Shown here: piece by piece, positions 40,223 through 51,400 of the stretch
How positions within the stretch are numbered: position 1 is the first letter of the stretch
Layout of the letters: the number at the start of each line of letters is the position of its first letter
Source of the DNA: Clostridia bacterium
Lineage (GTDB): Bacteria; Bacillota; Clostridia; Christensenellales; CAG-1252
Assembly: GCA_017444385.1 (NCBI GenBank)
Contig: JAFSWQ010000013.1
Span: forward strand, 60,382-124,381
Length of the DNA: 64,000 nucleotides
Direction: 5' to 3'
Made by a program: the position numbers and the translations under genes
The notes under the pieces: model-generated
Seen by the model: the letters and a program-made list of their open reading frames with translations, nothing else
Told to the model about the DNA's origin: nothing
Database searches by the model: none

Positions 40223-40624
40223 TTGAACAAAAAAGGATTCTCTTTAGCCGAAGTTATCGTGGCGTTAGCGGTATTGAGCATAATATCGGCGACCGTGTTA
40301 GGCGTCGTTATGAGCGTCAATAAGATAAACTTGAAGTACGACGACAAGTTACTTTTAGGCTATTCGGTTGAGAGCATCGTTCAAATATACTATAACACAG
40401 CCGACGAAACCGAGTTTTTGGAAGACGTTGAGTTTTGCTTCGGCGAGAATTCGCTCGCGGGCGAAGATCACGAATACACGTTATACTATATGAACGGACA
40501 AGCCGCGACGGAAAGCAACTATCGCTACGCCGTCAGCATAAGTTACCGAGCGGACAAGATAATAATATCGGCGGTCGACAAGAAAAACGCGTCCGCTATC
40601 GCCGAGAGGGAGTTTTTAAGATGA
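40223..40624 (+). CDS. Minor pilin
   Basis: KKG|FSLAEVIVALAVL. Confidence 0.85.
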   Translation: MNKKGFSLAEVIVALAVLSIISATVLGVVMSVNKINLKYDDKLLLGYSVESIVQIYYNTADETEFLEDVEFCFGENSLAGEDHEYTLYYMNGQAATESNYRYAVSISYRADKIIISAVDKKNASAIAEREFLR

Positions 40625-40980
40625 GAAAGTATCTTTTCGGCAAGGGCGCGGCAATGATATTCGTTATGATCGTAATGGTTTTAGTCCTTATGATGAGTAC
40701 CCTTTTGTTGAGTATCGCCACCATCGGCGCGAAGAGAAGCAAAAGGGAATTCGATCTTACCGAGGAACGAATGATCGTGGAAATGATAGGGCATAACTTC
40801 GTGGCGAATAACGGGCACGTCGATATGGACGTCCGCTCGGACGCGTTTCTTTACGAGGAACAAGACGGGTCGGGCTTAAATCATACGCTCACGATAAAAA
40901 GAAAAGACGAAACCAAACTACTTGAAGTTACGATAGATCCGTCGGGGAACCTTATCGCCTGGCGACAATACTATCGATGA
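40621..40980 (+). CDS. PilX/GspK-like minor pilin
   Basis: KG|AAMIFVMIVMV without Glu5; ATGA overlap with the upstream gene. Confidence 0.7.
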   Translation: MRKYLFGKGAAMIFVMIVMVLVLMMSTLLLSIATIGAKRSKREFDLTEERMIVEMIGHNFVANNGHVDMDVRSDAFLYEEQDGSGLNHTLTIKRKDETKLLEVTIDPSGNLIAWRQYYR

Positions 40981-40990
40981 GAGGTGAAAA

Positions 40991-42196
40991 TTGCAAAAGT
41001 ATAAGTACAAAGCCGTGGATATGAACCACAAAAATTATTCCGGCACCTACTACGCCAAGGATGAGGAAGATTTGAGAAAACAGCTTGCCGAACAGCAACT
41101 CTATCTCATATCCTTTTCGGTCAAGTCGGGCGACGGAGTAAACTCGTTTTTCTCGTTTTCGGGCAAGGTAAAAACGAGCGAGATAACCCTGTTTTGTCGT
41201 CAATTCTCGACGATGATAAACGCGGGTATCTCTATAGTCGACTGTATAGGAATTCTTAAAAATCAATCCTATTCCTCGCTTTTCAAACGCGTGCTGAATA
41301 CGGTTTACGAGGATTTACATTCGGGGCTTATGCTATCCGAGTCCTTCGCCAAACACCCCAAAGTATTCCCCAACTTCTTTAGAAGTATGGTACACGTCGG
41401 AGAGATGAGCGGTAGCCTTGACGAATGTCTCGTCAACCTCGCAGACTACTACGAAATGAACGACAGGGTAAAAAGGCAGGTCAAAAGCGCGATGATTTAC
41501 CCCATTATCCTCGTACTCCTCTTGGTGGGCGTTTTGGCGTTGATGTTCGTCTACGTCATTCCCACGTTTAGGGACTCTCTCGACAACCTCGATATCGAGT
41601 TGCCCGCAATTACCAAATTCGTCTACAACGTTTCCGACTTCGTCGTGAACAATTACGCGTTTATCATTTTAGGCGTGGTTATAGTGGTAGTGTTGTTCAT
41701 TTTGATCAAGAAAAACCCCAAAGGCAGATACGGCTTGGACTATCTAAAATACACCTTGCCTATATTCAAGAAGGTAAACGTCAACCTCGTTACTTCGCGT
41801 TTCGCTCACGGCTTCGGCCTTCTTATGAAAAGCGGTATGAATTTGGTGGACAGCCTTGAAATAATGTGCGACGTTTTGGGCAATAAGTTTTGCGAAGCGA
41901 AATTCCGTAAGTCGATAGAAGAAGTAAGAAGCGGAACGAGTTTGACCGTTTCTTTGAGAAAGTATAAATTCTTCCCCGATATGCTCGAACAAATGGTGGC
42001 TATCGGCGAGGAAACCGGCTCGATAGATAGCGTGCTTTTGCGTTCCTGCGCCTATTTCGACGAGCAAGTTCAAAATACGCTAGCGGGATTGACGACGATC
42101 TTACAACCGTTGATCCTCGCTATAATGGGCGGAACGATAGGTTTCGTATTCATAGCGATTTATTCGCCTATGTTGTCGATAATGCAAACCCTGTAA
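40991..42196 (+). CDS. pilC: Type IV pilus platform protein (PilC/GspF)
   Basis: FCRQFSTMINAG, GEMSGSL, AMIYP, GEETGS. Confidence 0.92.
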   Translation: MQKYKYKAVDMNHKNYSGTYYAKDEEDLRKQLAEQQLYLISFSVKSGDGVNSFFSFSGKVKTSEITLFCRQFSTMINAGISIVDCIGILKNQSYSSLFKRVLNTVYEDLHSGLMLSESFAKHPKVFPNFFRSMVHVGEMSGSLDECLVNLADYYEMNDRVKRQVKSAMIYPIILVLLLVGVLALMFVYVIPTFRDSLDNLDIELPAITKFVYNVSDFVVNNYAFIILGVVIVVVLFILIKKNPKGRYGLDYLKYTLPIFKKVNVNLVTSRFAHGFGLLMKSGMNLVDSLEIMCDVLGNKFCEAKFRKSIEEVRSGTSLTVSLRKYKFFPDMLEQMVAIGEETGSIDSVLLRSCAYFDEQVQNTLAGLTTILQPLILAIMGGTIGFVFIAIYSPMLSIMQTL

Positions 42197-42205
42197 GGAG
42201 GGAAT

Positions 42206-43933
42206 ATGAACGTTAATAAAGATATAATGCGATATATGGTTCACTACGGCGCGATAAGCGAGGAAAAAGCGGCTACCGTCTTGTCTGCGGCGGCGGAAGC
42301 AAACGCCTTTTTGCCTAAATACCTTATCGATAAAAACGTCCTTTCGGAAGTGGACGTTACCGATATCCTCGCCAAATACTACGGGTTACCCTATATCGAC
42401 ATAGGTTTGTTGGACGTCGATAAAGACCTTTTGAACGAGTTTACGACGGGCTTTTTACGCAAGCATAAAATAGTCCCCGTTAAACGCGATAAAGTAAACA
42501 ATACCCTTATAATCGCGATAGCGGAGCCGTTGAACCCCATCGCGCGTTCTTCGATTGCGCATTGGCATAGCGGAAAGATAAGCTATATAATGGTTACCGA
42601 AAGCCAGATATTCGGCTTCATCGAATCCATTGCGGCGGTAAAATCCACGACCACCGCTTTGACCGATCTGCAATCGGTCACCGAGGAAAACACCGAGGAG
42701 AATACCGAGGGCGAAGAGACCGACGTCATAAACGCGCCCGCCGTAAGACTCGTAGACAGTATAATAAAGGAAGCCATTCCTTTCCGCGCGAGCGATATCC
42801 ATATCGAGCCTTACGAAAAGAAGGTAAGAGTCCGCTATCGTATTGACGGCGACCTCGTGGATAGGGCGTCTTTCCCGCGCGACTATTTCCCCGCTATCAC
42901 CGCGCGTATTAAGATTCTTTCGGGTATGAATATAGCCGAGAGACGTATCCCTCAAGACGGTCGTATATCTATGAAAGTGAACAACGAAGATTACGACTTC
43001 CGTGTGTCTACGATGCCCACCGTAAACGGTGAAAAATTCGTTATAAGAGTTCTGGATAAGAGCGCGTTCAATTTCACGCGTAAAGAATTGGGCTTTACCG
43101 ACGAATCCGATAGGGTAATTGATAAAATGCTCGCTCACCCGCACGGAATTATCCTGCTAACAGGTCCTACGGGCTGCGGTAAATCCACCACGCTTTACTG
43201 TTTTATTAAGGAACTCAACGACGATGACGTTAATATAATCACCGTAGAGGACCCCGTAGAGTATTCAATGGACGGCGTTAATCAAACGCAGGTAAACACG
43301 AAAGCGAATATGACATTCGCCACCGCTTTGAGAAGCATACTTCGTCAGGACCCCGATATAATAATGATAGGTGAGGTTCGTGACGAGGAAACCGCCGAGA
43401 TCGCCATTCGTTCGGCTATCACCGGCCACTTAGTTTTCTCGACCTTGCACACCAACGACGCCCCCGGCGCGATAGTACGTTTGAAGGATATGGGCGTTTC
43501 GGGTTACTTGGTAGCGGACGCTCTCGTAGGCGTTATCTCGCAAAGACTCGTTAAAAAGCTATGCCCCATTTGTAAATCCGAAGTGGTCACCACCCGTTCG
43601 CAAATGCAAATGCTCGGCATAACCGAGCCCGCGACCATCTACGAAAAGAGAGGTTGCCAATTCTGCAACAACACGGGTTATAAAGGCAGAACGGCTATCC
43701 ACGAAATAATGTATATGAATTCGGCTTTGAAGATGGCGGCAAACGAAGAGCGTAACCTCGAAGAAGTTAGGCAGTTGGCGATAGATTCGGGTATGAAAAC
43801 CATCGAAGAATCCGCTCGATCCTGCGTTTTGAAAGGTATTACGACGATAGAAGAGATGATGACCGTCATAACCGAAAATCAAATTGTAAAGGGACAGGAC
43901 GAATTCGTCGTGCCCGAAGGCGAGGAAGAATGA
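42206..43933 (+). CDS. pilB: Type IV pilus extension ATPase (PilB/GspE)
   Basis: [42 protein letters not shown], CxxC...CxxC. Confidence 0.93.
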   Translation: MNVNKDIMRYMVHYGAISEEKAATVLSAAAEANAFLPKYLIDKNVLSEVDVTDILAKYYGLPYIDIGLLDVDKDLLNEFTTGFLRKHKIVPVKRDKVNNTLIIAIAEPLNPIARSSIAHWHSGKISYIMVTESQIFGFIESIAAVKSTTTALTDLQSVTEENTEENTEGEETDVINAPAVRLVDSIIKEAIPFRASDIHIEPYEKKVRVRYRIDGDLVDRASFPRDYFPAITARIKILSGMNIAERRIPQDGRISMKVNNEDYDFRVSTMPTVNGEKFVIRVLDKSAFNFTRKELGFTDESDRVIDKMLAHPHGIILLTGPTGCGKSTTLYCFIKELNDDDVNIITVEDPVEYSMDGVNQTQVNTKANMTFATALRSILRQDPDIIMIGEVRDEETAEIAIRSAITGHLVFSTLHTNDAPGAIVRLKDMGVSGYLVADALVGVISQRLVKKLCPICKSEVVTTRSQMQMLGITEPATIYEKRGCQFCNNTGYKGRTAIHEIMYMNSALKMAANEERNLEEVRQLAIDSGMKTIEESARSCVLKGITTIEEMMTVITENQIVKGQDEFVVPEGEEE

Positions 43934-44586
43934 TGGACGTAAAGGAAATATTGAGTAAATGCGATCATACTTTGTTAAAGCAAACCGCGACTGCGAGCGA
44001 GATACGCGACCTTATCCGCGACGGGATAAAGTACGGGGTGGCGAGCGTTTGTATCCCCCCTTGTTACGTCGCTTACGCTAAAAAGTACGCGGGCGACCTA
44101 CCTATTTGCACGGTAATCGGGTTTCCTAACGGCAATTCCACCACCGCGAGCAAGGTGTTCGAAGCGATGGACGCGATAAGAAACGGCGCCGACGAGATAG
44201 ATATGGTTATTAATATCGGCTTCGTCAAGTCGGGCGAATGGGAAGAGGTTGAAAACGAGATACAAGTCATTCGCGACGCTTGCGTGGGTAAGGTTTTGAA
44301 GGTCATAATAGAAACCTGCCTATTGACGAAAGAAGAGAAGATAAAGATGTGTCAAATCGTGTCGAGAGTGGGCGCGGACTACATAAAGACGAGTACGGGC
44401 TTTTCCACCGGCGGCGCGACCTTCGACGACGTACGGCTCTTTGCGGAAAACGTTGGCGATTGGGTCAAGATAAAGGCGGCGGGCGGTATAAGGACTTTGG
44501 AAGACGCGGAAAAGTATATAAAGCTCGGCTGTTCTCGACTGGGTACCAGCGCGATAGTTAATATCGTCAAAAAAAGCGAACAATAA
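43930..44586 (+). CDS. deoC: Deoxyribose-phosphate aldolase
   Basis: DHTLLK, IGFPNG, KVIIET, IKTSTGF, KAAGGIR. Confidence 0.96.
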   Translation: MMDVKEILSKCDHTLLKQTATASEIRDLIRDGIKYGVASVCIPPCYVAYAKKYAGDLPICTVIGFPNGNSTTASKVFEAMDAIRNGADEIDMVINIGFVKSGEWEEVENEIQVIRDACVGKVLKVIIETCLLTKEEKIKMCQIVSRVGADYIKTSTGFSTGGATFDDVRLFAENVGDWVKIKAAGGIRTLEDAEKYIKLGCSRLGTSAIVNIVKKSEQ

Positions 44587-44670
44587 CCCGCGAAGTATTA
44601 AGGTTTTTCGCCTCGCTCAAAATGTTCGTTTACTCGTTGAACAAATCAGTCAACGGAACGAAGTATTAAT

Positions 44671-44943
44671 CGTCATGTTGAGCTTGTGAAACATCTCAAC
44701 CATATTGAGAGTTTAATATAAGTAATTATTGCTTTGCGTTAGGGGATACTTCGACACGCGACAAGCCGCGGCTCAGTATGACGTATCGTAATGATCCCGT
44801 CATGTTGAGCGAAGTCGAAACATCTCAACCATATTGAATATTTGTATAAGTACGTACCGCTTCGCTTTAAGGGATTCCTCGACGTTGCTCGGAATGACGT
44901 ACATTTATTCACACGCGAACGCAGTGAGTTTGTCAAACATCTC
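44671..44943. repeat. BIME-like array of alternating B and inverted A CGTC repeats
   Basis: B units at 44671 and 44798 (each followed by AACCATATTGA); inverted A units at ~44740 and ~44870. Confidence 0.85.
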
Positions 44944-44994
44944 AAGGTATAGCGTACTACATAACTCGCGTATAAGCGAAAAAAGGAGTAAACG

Positions 44995-46146
44995 ATGAGA
45001 GTATTTTTGATTGTTCTTGATAGCGTAGGCGTTGGATTTCTTCCCGACGCGGCGGACTTCGGCGACGTAGGCAGTAATACTCTTTTGTCGGCGTCGAAGG
45101 CTAAAAACTTCGATATGTCGAATATGCGCCGCTTGGGACTTTTCAATATCGACGGCGTGGATATAGGCGGGAAATATCCCGAACCCGAGGGAGCGTATTG
45201 TAGGCTCGTCGAGGCGAGCAAAGGCAAAGATACCACTATCGGTCATTGGGAAATAGCGGGCGTTATTTCCAAGCGACCTTTCCCTTTATTCGAGGACGGT
45301 TTCCCCGACGAGATAATTGAGAAGATAAAGGAAATAAGTGGAAGAGGGGTTTTATGCAATAAGCCTTATTCGGGTACGCAAGTCATCAAGGACTACGGCA
45401 AGGAACACTTCGAGACGGGCGCGCTTATCGTCTATACGTCTGCCGACTCGGTTTTGCAAATAGCCGCCCACAACGACGTCGTGCCGCTAAAAGAACTATA
45501 TCGTATTTGCGAGGAAACCCGCAAAATAATGGTCGGCGAGTACGGTGTGGGCAGAATAATCGCTCGCCCGTTTACGGGAGAATATCCCTACGTTCGTACG
45601 GCGGATAGGCACGACTATTCGTTAACGCCCCCCGACACTATGCTCGACCTACTCAAAAACGCGGGCAAAACCGTTTATTCGGTGGGTAAGATAGTGGATA
45701 TTTTCGCAGGGAAGGGGATTACCAAATTCGTCCGTACCAAGAATAACGCCGACGGTTTACAAGCGACTCTTACCGCCGTAGACGAAGACTTCGACGGGTT
45801 GTGTTTCGTCAATTTGGTGGACTTCGATATGCTTTACGGGCACCGCAGAGACGTCGAGGGGTACGGCGACGCGTTGACCGCGTTCGATAAGTGGTTGCCT
45901 TCTATGCGCGCCAAAATGAAAGAGGACGATATTTTGATGATGACCGCAGACCACGGTTGCGATCCCTCTTTTACGGGGACGGATCACACCCGCGAATATA
46001 TCCCATTGGTGGTTTGCGGCGATAGAATCAAAAGCGTAAACTTGGGGACGAGGAAAACCTATGCGGATATTTCGGCGACTATACTCGATTTCTTCGGGCT
46101 TCCTTCGATTGCGGGCGAGTCGTTTATGAACGACGTCACGAGGTGA
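44995..46146 (+). CDS. deoB: Phosphopentomutase
   Basis: VLDSVG, SKGKDTTIGHWE, YTSADSVLQIAAH, YGHRRD, TADHG. Confidence 0.96.
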   Translation: MRVFLIVLDSVGVGFLPDAADFGDVGSNTLLSASKAKNFDMSNMRRLGLFNIDGVDIGGKYPEPEGAYCRLVEASKGKDTTIGHWEIAGVISKRPFPLFEDGFPDEIIEKIKEISGRGVLCNKPYSGTQVIKDYGKEHFETGALIVYTSADSVLQIAAHNDVVPLKELYRICEETRKIMVGEYGVGRIIARPFTGEYPYVRTADRHDYSLTPPDTMLDLLKNAGKTVYSVGKIVDIFAGKGITKFVRTKNNADGLQATLTAVDEDFDGLCFVNLVDFDMLYGHRRDVEGYGDALTAFDKWLPSMRAKMKEDDILMMTADHGCDPSFTGTDHTREYIPLVVCGDRIKSVNLGTRKTYADISATILDFFGLPSIAGESFMNDVTR

Positions 46147-46150
46147 GAAT

Positions 46151-47437
46151 ATGAGAATGTACGACCTTATTAAAAAGAAAAGAGACGGCGGCGTCTTGAC
46201 CGACGAAGAGATCAAGTTTTTCGTAGACGGCTTCGTGAAAGGCGAAATACCCGACTATCAGGTCGCGGCGCTTCTTATGGCGATATATTTCGAGAAACTC
46301 AACTCGGACGAAACTCTCGCTTTGACTTTGGCGATACGCGATTCGGGCGATACTCTCGATCTATCCGATATAAAAGGAATAAAAGTCGATAAACACAGTA
46401 CGGGCGGCGTAGGCGATAAAACTACGCTTGTGATCGCGCCCATTCTCGCCGCTTGCGGGTTGAAAGTCGCCAAAATGAGCGGTAGAGGCTTGGGGCACAC
46501 GGGCGGCACCATCGACAAACTCGAAGCGATCAAAGGCTTCAAAACCAATATCTCGCGCGAGCAATTTATAAAAGTCGTGAACGAGGTCGGCGTTGCCGTA
46601 GTGGGGCAGAGCGGCGACCTAACCCCCGCCGATAAAAAGATATACGCTCTTCGCGACGTTACCGCGACGGTGGACGATATTTCCCTTATCGTTTCCAGCA
46701 TAATGGGCAAGAAACTCGCGACCGATTCCGATTGCCTGCTGCTCGACGTAAAGGTGGGTAGCGGCGCGTTTATGAAGTCGTACGCGGACGCCGAAAAACT
46801 CGCGAGAGTTATGGTCGCGATAGGCAACGCGGCGGGCAAGAAAACCGCGGCTATGATCACGGATATGGATTCTCCTCTTGGCAACGCGGTCGGCAATTCG
46901 ATAGAAGTCGTCGAGGCGATAAACACCTTAAAAGGGGAAGGACCTCGTGACCTCGACGCGCTGTGCCGCGCTTTGTCCGTTCAATTATTGAAGATGAGCG
47001 GAATGGTCTTTGTGGAAGCGGAAGAGAAAGTAAACGACGCGATTTCAAACGGAAAGGCTCTTATGAAACTCAAAGAGATGGTAAGCGCGCAGGGCGGCGA
47101 CGCGTCTTTTATCGACGACGTTTCGCTGTTTCCGAGTGCGAAATATTCCCTCGACGTGCTATCCGATAGAGAAGGTGAGTTTTACGGCATAGACGCCGAG
47201 CAAGTGGGGTTGGCTTCCATAACCTTGGGCGCCGGAAGAGTGAAGAAAGAGGACTCTATCGACCACGCGGCGGGCATATATTTCCACAAGAAAAATGGAA
47301 AAATCAATGTCGGCGAACGCATTTGTACTTTGTATTCGGATAACCAATCGTCTTTGTCTGCGGCGGAAAGCATCATTAAAAACGCCATTCGTTATTCGGG
47401 CGAGGATCGTCCGCTTATTTGGAAGGTCATAGAATAA
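46151..47437 (+). CDS. pdp: Pyrimidine-nucleoside phosphorylase
   Basis: DKHSTGGVGDK, KMSGRGLGHTGGTIDKLE, YALRDVT. Confidence 0.95.
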   Translation: MRMYDLIKKKRDGGVLTDEEIKFFVDGFVKGEIPDYQVAALLMAIYFEKLNSDETLALTLAIRDSGDTLDLSDIKGIKVDKHSTGGVGDKTTLVIAPILAACGLKVAKMSGRGLGHTGGTIDKLEAIKGFKTNISREQFIKVVNEVGVAVVGQSGDLTPADKKIYALRDVTATVDDISLIVSSIMGKKLATDSDCLLLDVKVGSGAFMKSYADAEKLARVMVAIGNAAGKKTAAMITDMDSPLGNAVGNSIEVVEAINTLKGEGPRDLDALCRALSVQLLKMSGMVFVEAEEKVNDAISNGKALMKLKEMVSAQGGDASFIDDVSLFPSAKYSLDVLSDREGEFYGIDAEQVGLASITLGAGRVKKEDSIDHAAGIYFHKKNGKINVGERICTLYSDNQSSLSAAESIIKNAIRYSGEDRPLIWKVIE

Positions 47438-47439
47438 GT

Positions 47440-48015
47440 ATGGAACTTATTGGCGAAAAAGCGATGCTAAGAGACTATTTGCCATCGGATTACGACGATC
47501 ACCTAAAATGGCGAACGGTAGAGACCGAGTGGAAAAACTGGGACGCCCCTTGGAATAAAGAGGGTAGAGACGGCGATTCGGTCGTAGAGTACGCGGAAAG
47601 ACGGCTCGCGAAATTGCGCTTTGCCAAAGAGGACGATATTCGGTGGACTTTCGAGATATGTTCCTATCCCGAACGCATCCATATAGGCTGGATGAATTGC
47701 TATTGTATCGACCGATCTTGCAATTATTCCACCGTCGACCGCGGGCGATATTGCTTGGGTATAGACATAGTGCCTAAAGAGTATAGGGGCAAGGGTTTGG
47801 GCAAAGAAGCGTTTACGCTTTTTCAAAACTACCTCTTGGAATTCGGCATAACGAGGGTATATACTCAAACTTGGTCGGGCAATACGCGAATGATCGCTTT
47901 GGCAAAAAGTTTAGGGTACGTCTTATATAAAGAGAAAAAGCATTTTTATAAAACCGCTTCGCGCGATTACTCGCTTTTGACCTTCAAACTCGACCTCGAA
48001 GACCGCCTCTTTTAA
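47440..48015 (+). CDS. GNAT (RimJ/RimL-like) acetyltransferase
   Basis: YRGKGLG acetyl-CoA motif; N..MI.LA.SLGY. Confidence 0.82.
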   Translation: MELIGEKAMLRDYLPSDYDDHLKWRTVETEWKNWDAPWNKEGRDGDSVVEYAERRLAKLRFAKEDDIRWTFEICSYPERIHIGWMNCYCIDRSCNYSTVDRGRYCLGIDIVPKEYRGKGLGKEAFTLFQNYLLEFGITRVYTQTWSGNTRMIALAKSLGYVLYKEKKHFYKTASRDYSLLTFKLDLEDRLF

Positions 48016-48159
48016 CGAGGTGTTTTTTGATAATGGTTATTTGTTGATTTAATAGAGAATAACCCGCTTAATAGGATAGCTTATTAATAAATAGGATAAG
48101 AATACGTGAGGAACTATTCTAACCGAAAGATTAGTATTGATAGGAAATCATTATAAATA

Positions 48160-48188
48160 CGTCATCCTGAGCGCAGTCGAAGGATCCC
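48160..48188. repeat. CGTC REP-like unit (A)
   Basis: CGTCATCCTGAGCGCAGTCGAAGGATCCC. Confidence 0.8.
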
Positions 48189-48228
48189 TTTTGCCGAGCG
48201 CAATTACTATGGTCTATAACCTGGTTTT

Positions 48229-48307
48229 TGGAGTTTTGTGATTTTTTGGCGAAAAATGGCTGGAATTTTGTGATTTTTCACCCCTAAAACCCTTGGAATT
48301 TTGTGAT
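48229..48307. repeat. Three phased direct repeats TGGARTTTTGTGAT
   Basis: Copies at 48229, 48261 and 48294 (32-33 bp period). Confidence 0.75.
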
Positions 48308-48348
48308 AACCGCTTGAAATGAGAAAAATCGCAACAGTATTTGATATT

Positions 48349-48386
48349 AAAAACCGTAATCTTCGATACGAGACTACGGTTTTTTT
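48349..48386. terminator. Bidirectional terminator
   Basis: AAAAACCGTA...TACGGTTTTTTT. Confidence 0.7.
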
Positions 48387-48418
48387 GTTAAACGAATTAA
48401 ACGATTATCGTTTAGGCG

Positions 48419-51400
48419 TTAGGCTACGGCGAAGGTCACGCCCGAGTAGGATACGGAGTATGCGTCCGCAAGCGCTTGCGTTTTGACGTAAACCGTCTTT
48501 CCGTTCAATACCGTGAGATCGGTGCCCGTTATGGTTACCTGTTCGTCGGATAGGATATAAAGTTTAGTGATAGACTCGCAGTGCAAGAGGATTCCCTTTA
48601 ATGAATCGCTACCGTTGAAGTAGAAGGTCGTGAGCGTAGCGGGCACGTAATTGCCGTCGTAAGTCGCGGCTCCGCCGAATAGACGATATACGGCGAGTTG
48701 GTTGCTTCCGTTCGTGCCGTCGTAGGTCAAGGTTTCGACTTTCGAACAACCGCTGAATACGTTTTCGTTGACGGTCGCGTCCGCGCTTATCTCTATCGTC
48801 TTCAATGCGGAACAGCCGTTGAAGGCTTCGTTCTTGATTATCGCCGAGCCCTTTATGACGAGAGAGGTTATCGCGGTACAATTTTCAAACGCTCTGTTGC
48901 CCACTTCCAAAATGTTTTCGTCGATGGTTACCGAAGTTATCGACTTGTTTCCGCTGAATACCGCGGCGGCAATTTTGGTTACCGTGTATCCGCTTACCGA
49001 AGCGGGTATAACGAGTTTTCCGCTAACCGAACCTATCGAGGACAAGGTCGCGTTAGATCCCGAAAGCGAGAATCTCAAATTCGCCGTATTGCTTACGCCG
49101 TTCGTCTTGCTTTCGTAGAAGAGAGGTTGTACCCTTACGTTGTCGGTAGAGCCGAAGTCCGCGGTCTCGGTGACGTTCTTGTTTAACGTCAAACACCACC
49201 AGCCGCCGAAGTTATATCCCGTCTTGGTGGGGTTGCCGAGAGGTTTGGACGCCAATTCTGTATAGGTTTCCACCTTGCCGCTTAACGTCATTCCTTCCGC
49301 GTCGACGTAGGTTATCGTGCGGATAACGGCGAATTTTGCGTATAAGGTGAGGTCGTCTGCGGGGGTTTTTATCGAGGTAATTCCCGAAGAAACCGTGCCC
49401 GCTTTATTGACGAATTCCGCGTCAGTGTACCAAGCGTCGAAGACGTAGCCCGTTAATTCAGCCGAAGTGACTTTTATCGTCGTGTTGTAGGTGAACGTTT
49501 CGGGGTTTTGTCCCGTCGCACCCTCGATAAGCGTCGCGCCGTCGGGCAAAGAATAAGTCAAGTGGTACACCGTGTTGGCGAGAGAGCCGTCCAACGTGTA
49601 TTTGTTGAGTTTGTCGATGGTTATCTCGGAAGTTTCGGTCGTGCCTATCTTCCAATACTCTACGTATTTCCCGACGAGAGAGTTTTCGGCGAAAACGCCC
49701 GCAGTAAGCAGTTCTTCGTAGGTGGGAAGAACGTAAACGCCGTTTACGAAATCTTCCGCGTTGTAATTCAAAACGCCGGTTTTACCGTTTACCCTGAACG
49801 TGAGCGCGTAGTTTACGGGCGTCCAAGTTGCCGTCAACGTGATATCGCGGTAGACGAAGCCCTCGCCGCCCAAATCGGTTATGGATTCCCCGTCGAGAGT
49901 CCAAACGCAAACGTAATGCGCGCGTGTGGGTAAAGGTAAGGTGTAGGTGTACTTCGAGCCCACTCTCATTCCGTCTATCGTGTATTTGGTGGGTAGAGAG
50001 GAAACGTCGGCTTCCTCGCAAACGTAGGTTATCGAGTATTCGCCTTTTATCCATTCCGCGTAAACGGTTATTTCGTCGTTTTCATTGGCGAGAGAGACGG
50101 ACAGCGCATTGATCGCGTAAACCTCGTTGAAAGTTCCGTTTACGGCGGGGCGAGAATACCAGCTTATAAAGTCGTAGCCGTTTCTCGTGGCGTCTTCGAG
50201 ATCGGGCGAAGCGCCGTAGAGGAAGGAAGCGGGGTTCTCGGACGAGGCGGGGAAGTCCTCGGAATCGTTATAAACGTAGTTTACGGTATAAGTCTTAACG
50301 TCCCATTTTGCCCAAGCGGTATAATTCGCGCCCACTTCCGCGGGTACGAAAGAGGTCACTTTATGTATAAAGGTACTCTCTTTATACCAACCGCCGAAGT
50401 TGTAACCCGTTTTCGTGGGCGTTTCCAAGACGACTATTTCGTCTTCGAGCGTGTACGCTCTCAAACCGGGATAAACCGCGTTTTCCATATTCTTCAAGGT
50501 CATTATATAGGTAACGGGCGTCCACTTCGCGTATAATACCATGTTGCCGTAGTTGCCTTTTCTAATGTCGGTAGGATGGTGGGAAAGGAATTCTTCGTCG
50601 TCAAACCAACCTTCGAAGTTGTAGTTGGGGTATGAAGGTACTTTCAACGTGAATTCGTCGTTCGCCGTATAGGTCGCGGGTATATCCGCTTTGACGAGAT
50701 ATCCGTCGTCCTCTTTGTTGTAGTGTAGGGTTATCGTATAGGTTATCGCCGACCACTTTGCGTAAACGTCGATATCCTCGTCGGCGGTTTCGGCTTCTAT
50801 ATATTCCACGCGCGAAGTCTTGTATTCGGGATCCCTATACCAGTCCACGAAGTTGAAGCCGTTCCTCGGTATAAAGGCGGAGTCGGCGGGTACGAGAAGG
50901 TTCTTTCTTACCGTCGTTTCGTATTCCACCTCTCTTATGTACTCGACGCCGTCGAAATCGGTATAGAAGTGGTGCCTTATGACGTGCGAGTGAACGTCGT
51001 AATATGCGATGAGCGGCAAGGTGTTGTCGCGCAGTTTGTTGGAAACGATCAATTCGATTATGGGCGCGGTTGCTATATCTATCGCCTCGGTCTCGCCGAC
51101 GAGATCGTCTTCATTGGAATAGGTAAGATTAAGGTCGAGGTTTCTCCAATTCGTAAAGGTGCAACCCGGACGAGTGGGAATGAGAAGGGTTACCTTGTCG
51201 TCGTTTTCAACGAAGGTTACGTTTATGACTTTGGGATTGATGCCGTCGAGAATAAGGGTATCGAGGCTCAACGTGTAGCAGGTTTCGAGCTTCGCGTACA
51301 AGGTGACGTCCCCCGAAGAGCGAGCGGGTATCTTGTATCTGCCTTCGCTCGTTTTTGAATATTCGCTCGACGCCGAATAGGATTTGTCGGTGAACCAGCC

